Made by a program: the position numbers and the translations under genes. The notes beneath the pieces were generated by a model, which worked only from the letters and a program-made list of their open reading frames with translations, was not told the DNA's origin and searched no databases. From Chloroflexota bacterium (GTDB lineage Bacteria; Chloroflexota; Anaerolineae; JAAYZQ01), in assembly GCA_018606645.1 (NCBI GenBank), contig JAGVRI010000003.1, forward strand, positions 27,322-91,321: a stretch of DNA of 64,000 nucleotides. Direction: 5' to 3'. Below are positions 47,660-56,114 of this stretch, in pieces; within the stretch, counting starts at the first letter, position 1; each line of letters opens with the position of its first letter.

Positions 47660-48634
47660 ATGGGGTCCTTACAACCTTTGATGAATCCGGTCGTATTGGC
47701 CCTACTGGCGGCAGTCGCTGTGTTCCTGCTCTTCGCCGGCCTCCACTGGATTGGAATGGCCCGCGAGCAGGCGGTTGAGGAGCGGCTGGATCGGTACGGC
47801 GGTCGCGCGGAGGAGGAGAAGAAAAAGCCCAAGCGGGAAAAGCGGCGGGCTGCTGTCGAGGGCATCGAGGAGATTGTATCGCGCCGGAGCTTTGCCGCCG
47901 GTGTGCGGGAGGACCTGGCCCAGGCCGATCTGAAACTGCGCGTGGCCGAATATCTGGGACTGATCGCGCTGAGCACGTTCGTTTTCTTTTTGGTGGCTCG
48001 CTGGATCTTTGACTCGGTCCTGCTGGGCCTGGTGTTCGGCGTCGTCGGCTTTTTCGCGCCGCGCTTTTATGTGGACCTGCGCAAGAGACGTCGTCTAAAC
48101 GCCTTCAATGACCAGTTGGGAGACTGTATCACCCTGTTGGCCAATTCCCTCCGTTCGGGCTTTAGCATCGTCCAGTCCATGGATACGGTGGCTCAGCAGT
48201 TGCCCAATCCGATCGCGGCCGAGTTCCGCCGCGTCACCCAGGAAATCGGACTCGGACTCCACTACGAAGAGGCCCTCAACAACATGCTGCGGCGCGTTCC
48301 CAGTGAAGACCTGGACCTGATGATCACCGCCATCAACATTCAGGGCAAGGTGGGCGGCAACCTGGCCGAGATCCTGGACACCATCGGACATACCATCCGC
48401 GAGCGGGTGCGGATCAAGGGGGAGATCCGGGTCCTTACCGCCCAACAGATGATTTCGGGGTACATTCTCACCGGCTTGCCGGTTGCTCTGGGGTTGGTGT
48501 TATATCTGATCAACAAGACCTACATCAGCCGCATGTTCAGTGAGCCGTGTGGATGGATCATGCTCGGTGTGGCGTTCAGCATGCTGGTCTTTGGCTTTCT
48601 GGCCATCCGCAAGATCGTCAGCATCGAGGTGTAG
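47660..48634 (+). CDS. tadB: Tad inner-membrane platform protein TadB
   Basis: T2SSF domain, TM segments N- and C-terminal. Confidence 0.8.
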   Translation: MGSLQPLMNPVVLALLAAVAVFLLFAGLHWIGMAREQAVEERLDRYGGRAEEEKKKPKREKRRAAVEGIEEIVSRRSFAAGVREDLAQADLKLRVAEYLGLIALSTFVFFLVARWIFDSVLLGLVFGVVGFFAPRFYVDLRKRRRLNAFNDQLGDCITLLANSLRSGFSIVQSMDTVAQQLPNPIAAEFRRVTQEIGLGLHYEEALNNMLRRVPSEDLDLMITAINIQGKVGGNLAEILDTIGHTIRERVRIKGEIRVLTAQQMISGYILTGLPVALGLVLYLINKTYISRMFSEPCGWIMLGVAFSMLVFGFLAIRKIVSIEV

Positions 48635-48697
48635 CATGAGGTCCACCAATGGGCGGCTGGAAGGGATTGAGCCTGTGACGAGATTGGGAGAGAACTG

Positions 48698-49630
48698 ATG
48701 CCCCCAGTCATAATGTTCGGCATTGCCTTTATGGTGTTCCTGTCTCTCATGCTCATCATCGTGGGCATTGCTTCTCCACGGCCCGCCGATCAGGTGGAAA
48801 GCCGGTTGATGGAGTACGGGAGCCGGCCGATGACGCTGGAAGAGATCGAGCTGGCTCAACCGTTCAGCCAACGGGTCCTTATCCCGATGGTCCGGGCCAG
48901 CGCAGAATTTGTGTCTCGTTTCACTCCGCAACACAGCCTGGAAGCGACGCGCCACAAGCTGGATCTGGCCGGCAACCCCAACAATTGGAGCGCCACCGAT
49001 TTCTTGGGCATTCGCGGCCTGGCTGCGTTTGTGTTAGGGGCCCTTACCTTTGTGTTGACGATGCTGGCCAACACGGCATTTACCCAGCGCCTGCTGTTCA
49101 CGGGGGTCATGGGGCTGCTGGGCTTTTTTCTACCCGTGATCTGGTTGGGGCGACGGATCCGAAGCCGTCAAGCGGAGATTGTCAAGACTCTGCCGGATGC
49201 GCTGGACCTGCTCACCATCAGTGTGGAGGCGGGTCTGCCGTTCGATGGGGCGATGCAACGGGTTGCCGAGAAATGGGATAATGAGATCAGCAAAGCGTTT
49301 CGGCGCCTGCTCGCCGAGATGCGCATGGGCAAGTCCCGCCGTGAGGCCCTCCGGGATATGGCCGACCGGATGGACGTGCCGGATGTGACCAGCTTTGTGG
49401 CCGCGTTGATTCAGGCCGATCAACTGGGTATCAGTATTGCCAAGATCCTGCGCATCCAGTCCGAGCAGATGCGGATCAAGCGCCGTCAGCGGGCTGAGGA
49501 AAAGGCGCAGCAGGCGCCGATCAAGATGCTCATCCCGATGACGTTTCTGATCTTTCCGACCATTCTGATCGTCATCCTGGGACCAGCGATCCTGATTCTC
49601 AAGAATTCGCCTATCTTCCGGGTGATGTGA
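48698..49630 (+). CDS. tadC: Tad inner-membrane platform protein TadC
   Basis: T2SSF domain; paralogous to TadB. Confidence 0.8.
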   Translation: MPPVIMFGIAFMVFLSLMLIIVGIASPRPADQVESRLMEYGSRPMTLEEIELAQPFSQRVLIPMVRASAEFVSRFTPQHSLEATRHKLDLAGNPNNWSATDFLGIRGLAAFVLGALTFVLTMLANTAFTQRLLFTGVMGLLGFFLPVIWLGRRIRSRQAEIVKTLPDALDLLTISVEAGLPFDGAMQRVAEKWDNEISKAFRRLLAEMRMGKSRREALRDMADRMDVPDVTSFVAALIQADQLGISIAKILRIQSEQMRIKRRQRAEEKAQQAPIKMLIPMTFLIFPTILIVILGPAILILKNSPIFRVM

Positions 49631-49693
49631 TCTGCCAGACCAACGACGCTTTGCCTCTGTGCCTGTCTGGCCTATCAGGTTGAGAACTGCACA

Positions 49694-50467
49694 GTGACGA
49701 TCTGCGCAACCAAGAAGTCACTGGTTCAGACCAGACACAGGCAGCTTGCCGTGTGGAAGGATGCCATCCTTGATCTGCTGTTTCCTCCCCATTGTGTCGT
49801 CTGCCGCCGTCTGGGGAGCTGGCTATGCCAGGCGTGCCAGGACAAGATTGAGCTGATTGTGCCGCCGTTATGTCTGCGGTGTGGGCTGCCTCTGAAGGGG
49901 GCCGCCGGCCCACTCCGTTCGTGGGTGGTTTGTATGCACTGCCAGGGGAGAACGACAGAACTCGACGGATTGCTGGCCTATGCATTCCACACCGATCCGT
50001 TACGGCAGATCATTCACGAATTCAAGTACCGCGATCTCCAGAGTCTGGCCAGACCGCTGGGCCAGATGATGGCCCAGGGATGGAGGGTGTTGGCTCCGTC
50101 TGAGTGGGAAGTGGATGTCATCGTCCCTGTGCCTCTGCACCCGACACGGCAACGGCAACGCGGCTACAATCAGGCGGCGCTCCTGGCACGCGAACTCGGC
50201 GTCCACATCCAGCGCCCGGTTGTGGAAGATGTCCTGGTGAGGTCCAGACCAACGGTACCCCAGGTTGAGCTGAGCTTCCAGGAGCGAATGGCCAACATTC
50301 AGGGCGCTTTTCAGTGTAACGATTCAGCGCTGGCTGGTCAACGGGTGTTGCTGGTGGACGACGTATGTACGACCGGCGCCACGTTGGAGGCGGCCGGAGC
50401 TGCATTACGGCGAGGGAAGGTTGCCGCGATATGGGGCTATACCCTGGCCCGCGCCAAACCTGAGTGA
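49694..50467 (+). CDS. ComF family protein (phosphoribosyltransferase domain, ComFC-like)
   Basis: N-terminal 4-Cys zinc finger (CxxC...CxxC) and C-terminal PRTase motif VLLVDDVCTTGAT. Confidence 0.8.
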   Translation: MTICATKKSLVQTRHRQLAVWKDAILDLLFPPHCVVCRRLGSWLCQACQDKIELIVPPLCLRCGLPLKGAAGPLRSWVVCMHCQGRTTELDGLLAYAFHTDPLRQIIHEFKYRDLQSLARPLGQMMAQGWRVLAPSEWEVDVIVPVPLHPTRQRQRGYNQAALLARELGVHIQRPVVEDVLVRSRPTVPQVELSFQERMANIQGAFQCNDSALAGQRVLLVDDVCTTGATLEAAGAALRRGKVAAIWGYTLARAKPE

Positions 50468-50502
50468 AACAGGAAGCTATATTGTCAGTAAGGAGAGTGG
50501 AA

Positions 50503-51063
50503 ATGGAACTGATCATCAAGGGCAAGAACGTAGAAGTCACGGATCGGCTTCGCGATTATGTCCGGAAAAAGGTCGGCAAGCTCGACCGCTATCTGCCGTC
50601 CATTACCGAAGCGTGGGTGGAGCTGTCGGTGGAAGGCACCAGAGCGGCCCAAGATCGGCAGGTGTGTCAGCTTACCGTACGGTCCAACGGCACAATCTTG
50701 CGGGCGGAAGAGCGCTCGGAGGACATTTTCAACTGCATTGACAACGTTCTGGACAAGATGTATCGCCAAATCGCCCGTTACAAGGGCAAACGGAAGAACC
50801 GCTGGCGAGGAGCAGGGACCACGATTGAGCCTCTTCCCCCGGAATATGAGGAACTCGAAGAGGAACTTGAAGAGGAGACCAGCAGCATCGTCCGGGTCAA
50901 GCGGTTCCCCATGACGCCCATGAGCCCGAGTGAAGCGATTGAGCAGATGGAGCTGTTGGGTCACGACTTTTTTGTCTTTTTCAATGCCGATGAAGGGCAG
51001 ATCAACGTTCTGTATCGGCGCAAAGATGGCAACTATGGGTTGATCCAACCCGAACTTGCCTAG
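50503..51063 (+). CDS. hpf: ribosome hibernation promoting factor, long form
   Basis: MELIIKGKNVEVTDRLRDYV... RaiA/HPF N-domain plus C-terminal dimerisation domain. Confidence 0.9.
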   Translation: MELIIKGKNVEVTDRLRDYVRKKVGKLDRYLPSITEAWVELSVEGTRAAQDRQVCQLTVRSNGTILRAEERSEDIFNCIDNVLDKMYRQIARYKGKRKNRWRGAGTTIEPLPPEYEELEEELEEETSSIVRVKRFPMTPMSPSEAIEQMELLGHDFFVFFNADEGQINVLYRRKDGNYGLIQPELA

Positions 51064-51137
51064 CCGGGTTGACTGGGAAAGGGGCCAGGGCCGGATAGCT
51101 CTGACCCCTTTTGTTGTCTCTGGCGGTTGGTGCGGGA

Positions 51138-52490
51138 CTAGACCGGATCGCGCGGCGGCAGGGGCTGACCCTGTCGCGCCAGCCAGGCCTCGCGGGCTTC
51201 GGCGGCCACAAATACCGAGCCGGTGCAGCAGATGAGATCGGTGCTGTCGGCCTGCGCCAGAGCCAGGTTCAGGGCTTCCGCCACCGTCTCGCTTGGATGC
51301 AGATGGAATCCCAGTTCGCCGGCCCGCGCCTGGAGCTGTGCAGGTTGGGCGGCACGCGGATGCCGGGAGCGGGTGGCGATGGCCAGATCGGCTTCGGCCA
51401 GCAGGGCGGTGAGCAATTCGGGCGTCACATGGTCGAGGGAAGCGCCAAGGATCACAATCAGGCGCCGGAACGGAAAGTAGGTTTTCAGTGCGGCCATCAG
51501 TTTCTGGGCCGAGTCGCCGTTGTGGGCGCTGTCGGCGATGACGAAAGGGGCGCGCCCCAGGATCTCGAGGCGTCCGGGCCAGTGGACGGAACGCAGGCCG
51601 GCACGGATCGCTTCCTCTCCCACTTGCGTTCCGGCTCCGGTGAGAGCGGTCACCAGCGCGATGGCCGTGGTTGCGTTCACGACCTGATATTCCCCTAACA
51701 GGGGGATCCACAGACCGGGAAGGAGATGATCGCCATGGATCACACTGAATGCCTGGCCGGCGAGGGTCGCCTGCTCCAGACGCCATGTCCAATCCCGTCC
51801 GACCAGGGTGAGAGGTGCTCCCTGCTGCTGGCATGTAGCCTGAATGACCGACAGCGCCTCATCGGACTGGGGGGCGCTGATCACCGGAACGCCGGGCTTG
51901 ATGATGCCTGCTTTCTCGGCAGCGATTTTGGCGTGGGTGTCGCCCAGGATGGCGGTGTGGTCGAGGCTGATGGAGGTAATGCTCACCACGGCAGGCTTCA
52001 GGACATTGGTCGCATCTAACCGTCCGCCCAGCCCCACTTCGACCACGGCCCACTCGACTCGCTGCGCGGCAAACCAGGCGAAGGCCAGGGCAGTCATGAC
52101 CTCAAAGGTGGTGATCTCTGGCACCTGGGAAACCAGAGGCTGTATCCTCTCCACCCAGTCTACCACGTCGGACTCGGCGATGAGGCGGCCATCTACCTGG
52201 ATCCGTTCGCGGAAGGTGTGGAGATGGGGGGAGGTGTACAGTCCGGTCCGGTAACCGGCAGAGCGCAGGATCGCTTCGGTCATGGCTGCGGTCGAGCCCT
52301 TGCCCTTCGTCCCGGCAATGTGCACGCTCTGAAAAGAGCGGTGGGGGTCGCCGAGCAACGCCAGGAGATGGTGCACTCTGGCCAGGTTGTAGAACTGAGG
52401 AGCATAGGCCGCCAGTCCCCTCTTCTCATAATCGGTAAAGTGGTACAGATAGTCGAGTGCCTGCTGATAGGTCATCGTTGACATCATCAA
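51138..52490 (-). CDS. folC: bifunctional folylpolyglutamate synthase / dihydrofolate synthase
   Basis: Mur ligase family, GTKGKGST P-loop. Confidence 0.85.
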   Translation of the reverse strand: MMMSTMTYQQALDYLYHFTDYEKRGLAAYAPQFYNLARVHHLLALLGDPHRSFQSVHIAGTKGKGSTAAMTEAILRSAGYRTGLYTSPHLHTFRERIQVDGRLIAESDVVDWVERIQPLVSQVPEITTFEVMTALAFAWFAAQRVEWAVVEVGLGGRLDATNVLKPAVVSITSISLDHTAILGDTHAKIAAEKAGIIKPGVPVISAPQSDEALSVIQATCQQQGAPLTLVGRDWTWRLEQATLAGQAFSVIHGDHLLPGLWIPLLGEYQVVNATTAIALVTALTGAGTQVGEEAIRAGLRSVHWPGRLEILGRAPFVIADSAHNGDSAQKLMAALKTYFPFRRLIVILGASLDHVTPELLTALLAEADLAIATRSRHPRAAQPAQLQARAGELGFHLHPSETVAEALNLALAQADSTDLICCTGSVFVAAEAREAWLARQGQPLPPRDPV

Positions 52491-52601
52491 ATCCGTTGCC
52501 TTTGATAGGAATCATATTCTATCCCAATTGGCTCTGCTTGTAAAGTTGCCGAAATCGGGCAGGGATGGTAAGATGCGAGGGGAGGCGATGGACGCAGGCC
52601 G

Positions 52602-55430
52602 ATGGCTCATAGTTCCTGGCGGCGGCAATTCCTGACCGTTCTGGTCTACAGCATCCTGGCGCTGGCTCTCACCTGGCCGCTTGTCAGCCGGTTCACCGAT
52701 CATGTGCCGGGTAACGGGGTGGACGATCCGCCGCTGACCTGGAACCTGTGGTGGGTTCGTCATGCCCTGCTGGAGTTGGGCGTTGATCCGTTTGACTGCG
52801 CCTACCTGTTCTATCCGATCGGCATCAACCTGGCGTTTTACACCCTCACCATTCTGAACAGCTTGCTCTCCATTCCCTGGCAGGCGGTTTGGGGCCTGGT
52901 GCCGGCCAGCAATCTGTTACTTCTGTCTTCCTTTGTGCTGAGTGGGTATGGAGCCTTTCTTCTGGGATGGTATTGTTTAGGAAGAGGCAGGGCACAGGCC
53001 CCGGACGAACCCCTCACGCCTTTGAAAATAGACCGCGCCCCTCGCGCAGGAGTCGAGGCTTCAGCCGGTCCACCGCCTGAAGGCTCCACTCCCCCAGCCG
53101 GAGTCGAGGCCTCCGCCGCCAACCTCGATATTTTCATCCGTCGTGGCGCCCCACCGGGCATGGCTACTCCCTCCAGAATGTTTCTGGCGGCGTTTGTGGC
53201 CGGTCTTCTCTATGCCTTTGCCTCATGCAAAATGGCCTATGCGGCGCTGGGGCAATGGAATATCGCCAGTTCTCAATGGATCCCGTTTTATGTGCTCTAT
53301 TTGTTCAGAATGGGGGAATGCCCAGGCCGATGGCGCTATCTCCTTCTGGCGGCGCTCTTTTTATGGTTTCAGGCCTATGCGGAGCTGACCTATGCTTCGT
53401 TCCTGGTGCTCTTTACCGCAGGATGGGGGCTGTGGCGACTGCTCATTTGCCTTCGAGAGCGGAACGTACGACAGGCCAAGCGTCTAATCGGCAAGCTGGC
53501 TGTTCTTGCACTGTTGACTGTCGGAGGGCTGATCCCGGTCCTGGTCCGGATGATCCCGGACATGGTGCAGGAAGGGCGGTTTCTGGTCGAAGGCGAAGGC
53601 TTTGCCGACGTCTTCTCTGCGGACCTGTTGGGGTTCTGGGTGCCGACCATGTATCACCCGGTGCTGGGGTCATGGGTGGAGCGGTTCCGTTTTGATTACA
53701 GTGTGGGGCAACATATCTATGTGGGGTATGCGGTGCTGGCGCTGGTTCTGGTGGCCGGCGTCCGCTGTTGGCGCAGGCCCGGAGTGCGCTTTTGGTTTGC
53801 GTCGGCGTGTGTGTTCTGGGTGTTGACGTTCGGTCCTTCGCTCCGGATCAATGGTCAGAGCACCGGGCTGCCGATGCCGTTTGTCTGGATTGCGCGGCTG
53901 CCCTTCTTTGAGGGGAATCGGTATCCAAGCCGTTACAGCGTGCTCTTGATGCTCAGCCTGGCTATGTTGGTGGCTTTTGGGTTGAGTGAGCTTCTTCGCC
54001 GTCGGGGTGGGCGCTTTCGCGCCGTCCCTTGGACCGTCTCCTGGTTGTTGATCCTGCTGCTTCTGGGCGAGCACCTCTCGATTCCACTTCCGTTGTCCGA
54101 TATGCGGGTGCCGGCCGTGTATGACAAGATCGCCGGGGAGTACCCTGGCGACTGGGCGCTGTTGGACCTGCCGGTGGCCTGGCGGAATGGTTTTCGCGTG
54201 ACCGGGACGCAGCATCCGGTGATCATGTTTGAACAGTACTATCAATCCGCCCACGGCAAACGGCTCCTGGGAGGCAATACGTCGCGCAATCCCCCTTTCA
54301 AATTCCAGTATTTTACGGAAGCGCCGGTGATCAACACCCTGATCGCCCTGGAAACCGGGCATGAGGTGGACCCTGAGGTCGTGAAGCGTGACCGATCTCT
54401 GGCTCCGGAGGTGCTGCGATTTTTCAATATCGAGGCGGTGGTAGTTCATACGGATCAGACCGGACCGGATGTCATCCCGTACATTCAGGCGACCCTGCCC
54501 GTTCGGGCCATCTACGAGCAAGCGGGGATCGTCGCGTACCGGGCCGAGCTGCCGCCATGGCCCTCGACCTGGGATATCCGGCCGGGCGATGCGTTGTCAC
54601 GATTGAGCCTCGGCGAAGGTTGGGGGGCGCCGACCGACGATCTGGTCTGGGCCCAACGGCGCACGGTTCGACTGCTCGTGCCGCTGCGGGGTGGGCGCCA
54701 ACGGATGACCTTCCGCATGTATAGCCCGGAAGGTGGATCCTATCTCCGGGTGGAGGCGAATGGACAATTGGTGGTCCGCCTTCCCTTGAAGTCAGGGTGG
54801 GCTGACTATGAGTTGGAGATCCCGGGCGATCGAGTCGATGCCGGATTGAATGAGTTTCGGCTCCGCTTTGAGAAACTCTATCCCACGGAGGAGATCCGGC
54901 TCTCACCACGCTCGGTTGGCGCAACCGGGGTCGAGTCGCCGGTCAACCTGGTGGTGCAAAGCGCCGGGCAAGAGGTGGGGGATTTGGCTTATCTGTACGT
55001 CAACGGCAGACAGGTTTCGCCCAACCAGCGGGGGTACAACCTGGTGGTGGTGAATGCGGAGAATGGTACGGTGGAACAGGTAGTCAGCTTTGACACCCAT
55101 CTCAACGAAAGGGCCAGCGCAGAGCTGGCTGCTGTTCTGAACCAGGTGTCGCCTGGCCGGATCGTGGCGGTCGCGGTCGCTGATGAGGCGTCACGGCTGC
55201 TGGGTGAGGAGGCAGTGAACGCCCTGCGCCGTATCGGAGCGACGGAGGACCTGCGAGGCCGATTCCGGTGGGGGCAGGCGATCATCGGGGTACAGGGCGC
55301 AGCGCCCGGTACGGCTCTGGAAGCGGCGGATTGGATGCGCCCAGTCACACTGGTGGTGGGCGAGGGGGCCACCGAACCGCAGCTCGCGGCCGCTTTTGCC
55401 TGGATCCGGTTCACGGCGGTTCCAGAGTAG
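52602..55430 (+). CDS. large polytopic membrane protein (GT-C/YfhO-like N-domain) with C-terminal ILEI/PANDER-like domain
   Basis: 942 aa; many TM segments; C-terminal GYNLVVVNAENGTVEQVVSFDTH...GRIVAVAVADEAS...IGATEDLRGRFRWGQ matches FAM3/ILEI pattern; contains an in-frame family A repeat at 53049-53092. Confidence 0.6.
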   Translation: MAHSSWRRQFLTVLVYSILALALTWPLVSRFTDHVPGNGVDDPPLTWNLWWVRHALLELGVDPFDCAYLFYPIGINLAFYTLTILNSLLSIPWQAVWGLVPASNLLLLSSFVLSGYGAFLLGWYCLGRGRAQAPDEPLTPLKIDRAPRAGVEASAGPPPEGSTPPAGVEASAANLDIFIRRGAPPGMATPSRMFLAAFVAGLLYAFASCKMAYAALGQWNIASSQWIPFYVLYLFRMGECPGRWRYLLLAALFLWFQAYAELTYASFLVLFTAGWGLWRLLICLRERNVRQAKRLIGKLAVLALLTVGGLIPVLVRMIPDMVQEGRFLVEGEGFADVFSADLLGFWVPTMYHPVLGSWVERFRFDYSVGQHIYVGYAVLALVLVAGVRCWRRPGVRFWFASACVFWVLTFGPSLRINGQSTGLPMPFVWIARLPFFEGNRYPSRYSVLLMLSLAMLVAFGLSELLRRRGGRFRAVPWTVSWLLILLLLGEHLSIPLPLSDMRVPAVYDKIAGEYPGDWALLDLPVAWRNGFRVTGTQHPVIMFEQYYQSAHGKRLLGGNTSRNPPFKFQYFTEAPVINTLIALETGHEVDPEVVKRDRSLAPEVLRFFNIEAVVVHTDQTGPDVIPYIQATLPVRAIYEQAGIVAYRAELPPWPSTWDIRPGDALSRLSLGEGWGAPTDDLVWAQRRTVRLLVPLRGGRQRMTFRMYSPEGGSYLRVEANGQLVVRLPLKSGWADYELEIPGDRVDAGLNEFRLRFEKLYPTEEIRLSPRSVGATGVESPVNLVVQSAGQEVGDLAYLYVNGRQVSPNQRGYNLVVVNAENGTVEQVVSFDTHLNERASAELAAVLNQVSPGRIVAVAVADEASRLLGEEAVNALRRIGATEDLRGRFRWGQAIIGVQGAAPGTALEAADWMRPVTLVVGEGATEPQLAAAFAWIRFTAVPE
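53049..53117. repeat. family A 44-bp palindromic element (compact copy 3, reverse orientation) plus adjacent half copy, inside CDS
   Basis: ggagtcgaggcttcagccggtccaccgcctgaaggctccactcc = reverse complement of copies 1/2 with 1 substitution; translated in frame as AGVEASAGPPPEGSTPPAGVEASA. Confidence 0.8.
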
Positions 55431-55547
55431 ACATCCCTTCGATCTGTCAGATTTGACACGGTCGGACCAAGCGTCTATAATCGGCGTGGAAATGTGGAGC
55501 CTCCGACAGGTGGTGGACGACTCGGGGGCTTGAGGAGAAGATGGTGT

Positions 55548-56105
55548 ATGATCGATGTGAATGAACTGCGCAAGGGAGTTACCTTCACCCTCGACGGGGA
55601 GCTGTATCGGGTGCTCCAATACCAGCACTATAAACCCGGCCGGGGAAATGCGGTGATCCGAACCAAGCTGCGCAATTTGCGCACCGGAGCGACTCTGGAA
55701 AAGAACTTTATCTCCGGGGACCGGGTGCAGGATATCCGTCTGGATCACCAGACCGTCCAGTATCTGTACAACGACGGGGACCTGTACTATTTTATGGATA
55801 CCAAGACGTTCGAGCAGTTTCCACTGCCCGAGGCGTTGCTGGAGGACGTAAAGCCGTACCTGGTGGAGAATATGGAACTCGAGCTATCGAGTTACCAAGG
55901 CGAGCCACTGGGGGTGGAGTTGCCCATCACCGTGGATCTGCGGGTTGTTGAGGCGCCGCCGGGCTTTGCTGGCGATACCGCTTCCAGTCCTTCCAAAGAA
56001 GTGGTCCTGGAGACCGGGCTGAAGGTCCAGGTTCCGCTCTTTATTGAGGTGGGCGACGTCGTGCGGATTGACACCCGCGACGGTCGCTATGTAACCCGAG
56101 TGTAG
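55548..56105 (+). CDS. efp: elongation factor P
   Basis: 185 aa, KPGKG loop region (YKPGRGNAVIRTKLRN). Confidence 0.9.
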   Translation: MIDVNELRKGVTFTLDGELYRVLQYQHYKPGRGNAVIRTKLRNLRTGATLEKNFISGDRVQDIRLDHQTVQYLYNDGDLYYFMDTKTFEQFPLPEALLEDVKPYLVENMELELSSYQGEPLGVELPITVDLRVVEAPPGFAGDTASSPSKEVVLETGLKVQVPLFIEVGDVVRIDTRDGRYVTRV

Positions 56106-56114
56106 GCACCTCCT

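Noticed and set aside
51078-51118. Bidirectional terminator between hpf and folC
   Set aside because: A stem aaagggg.../...cccctttt with an 18-nt loop and one mismatch is possible but weak. Not reported as a feature.
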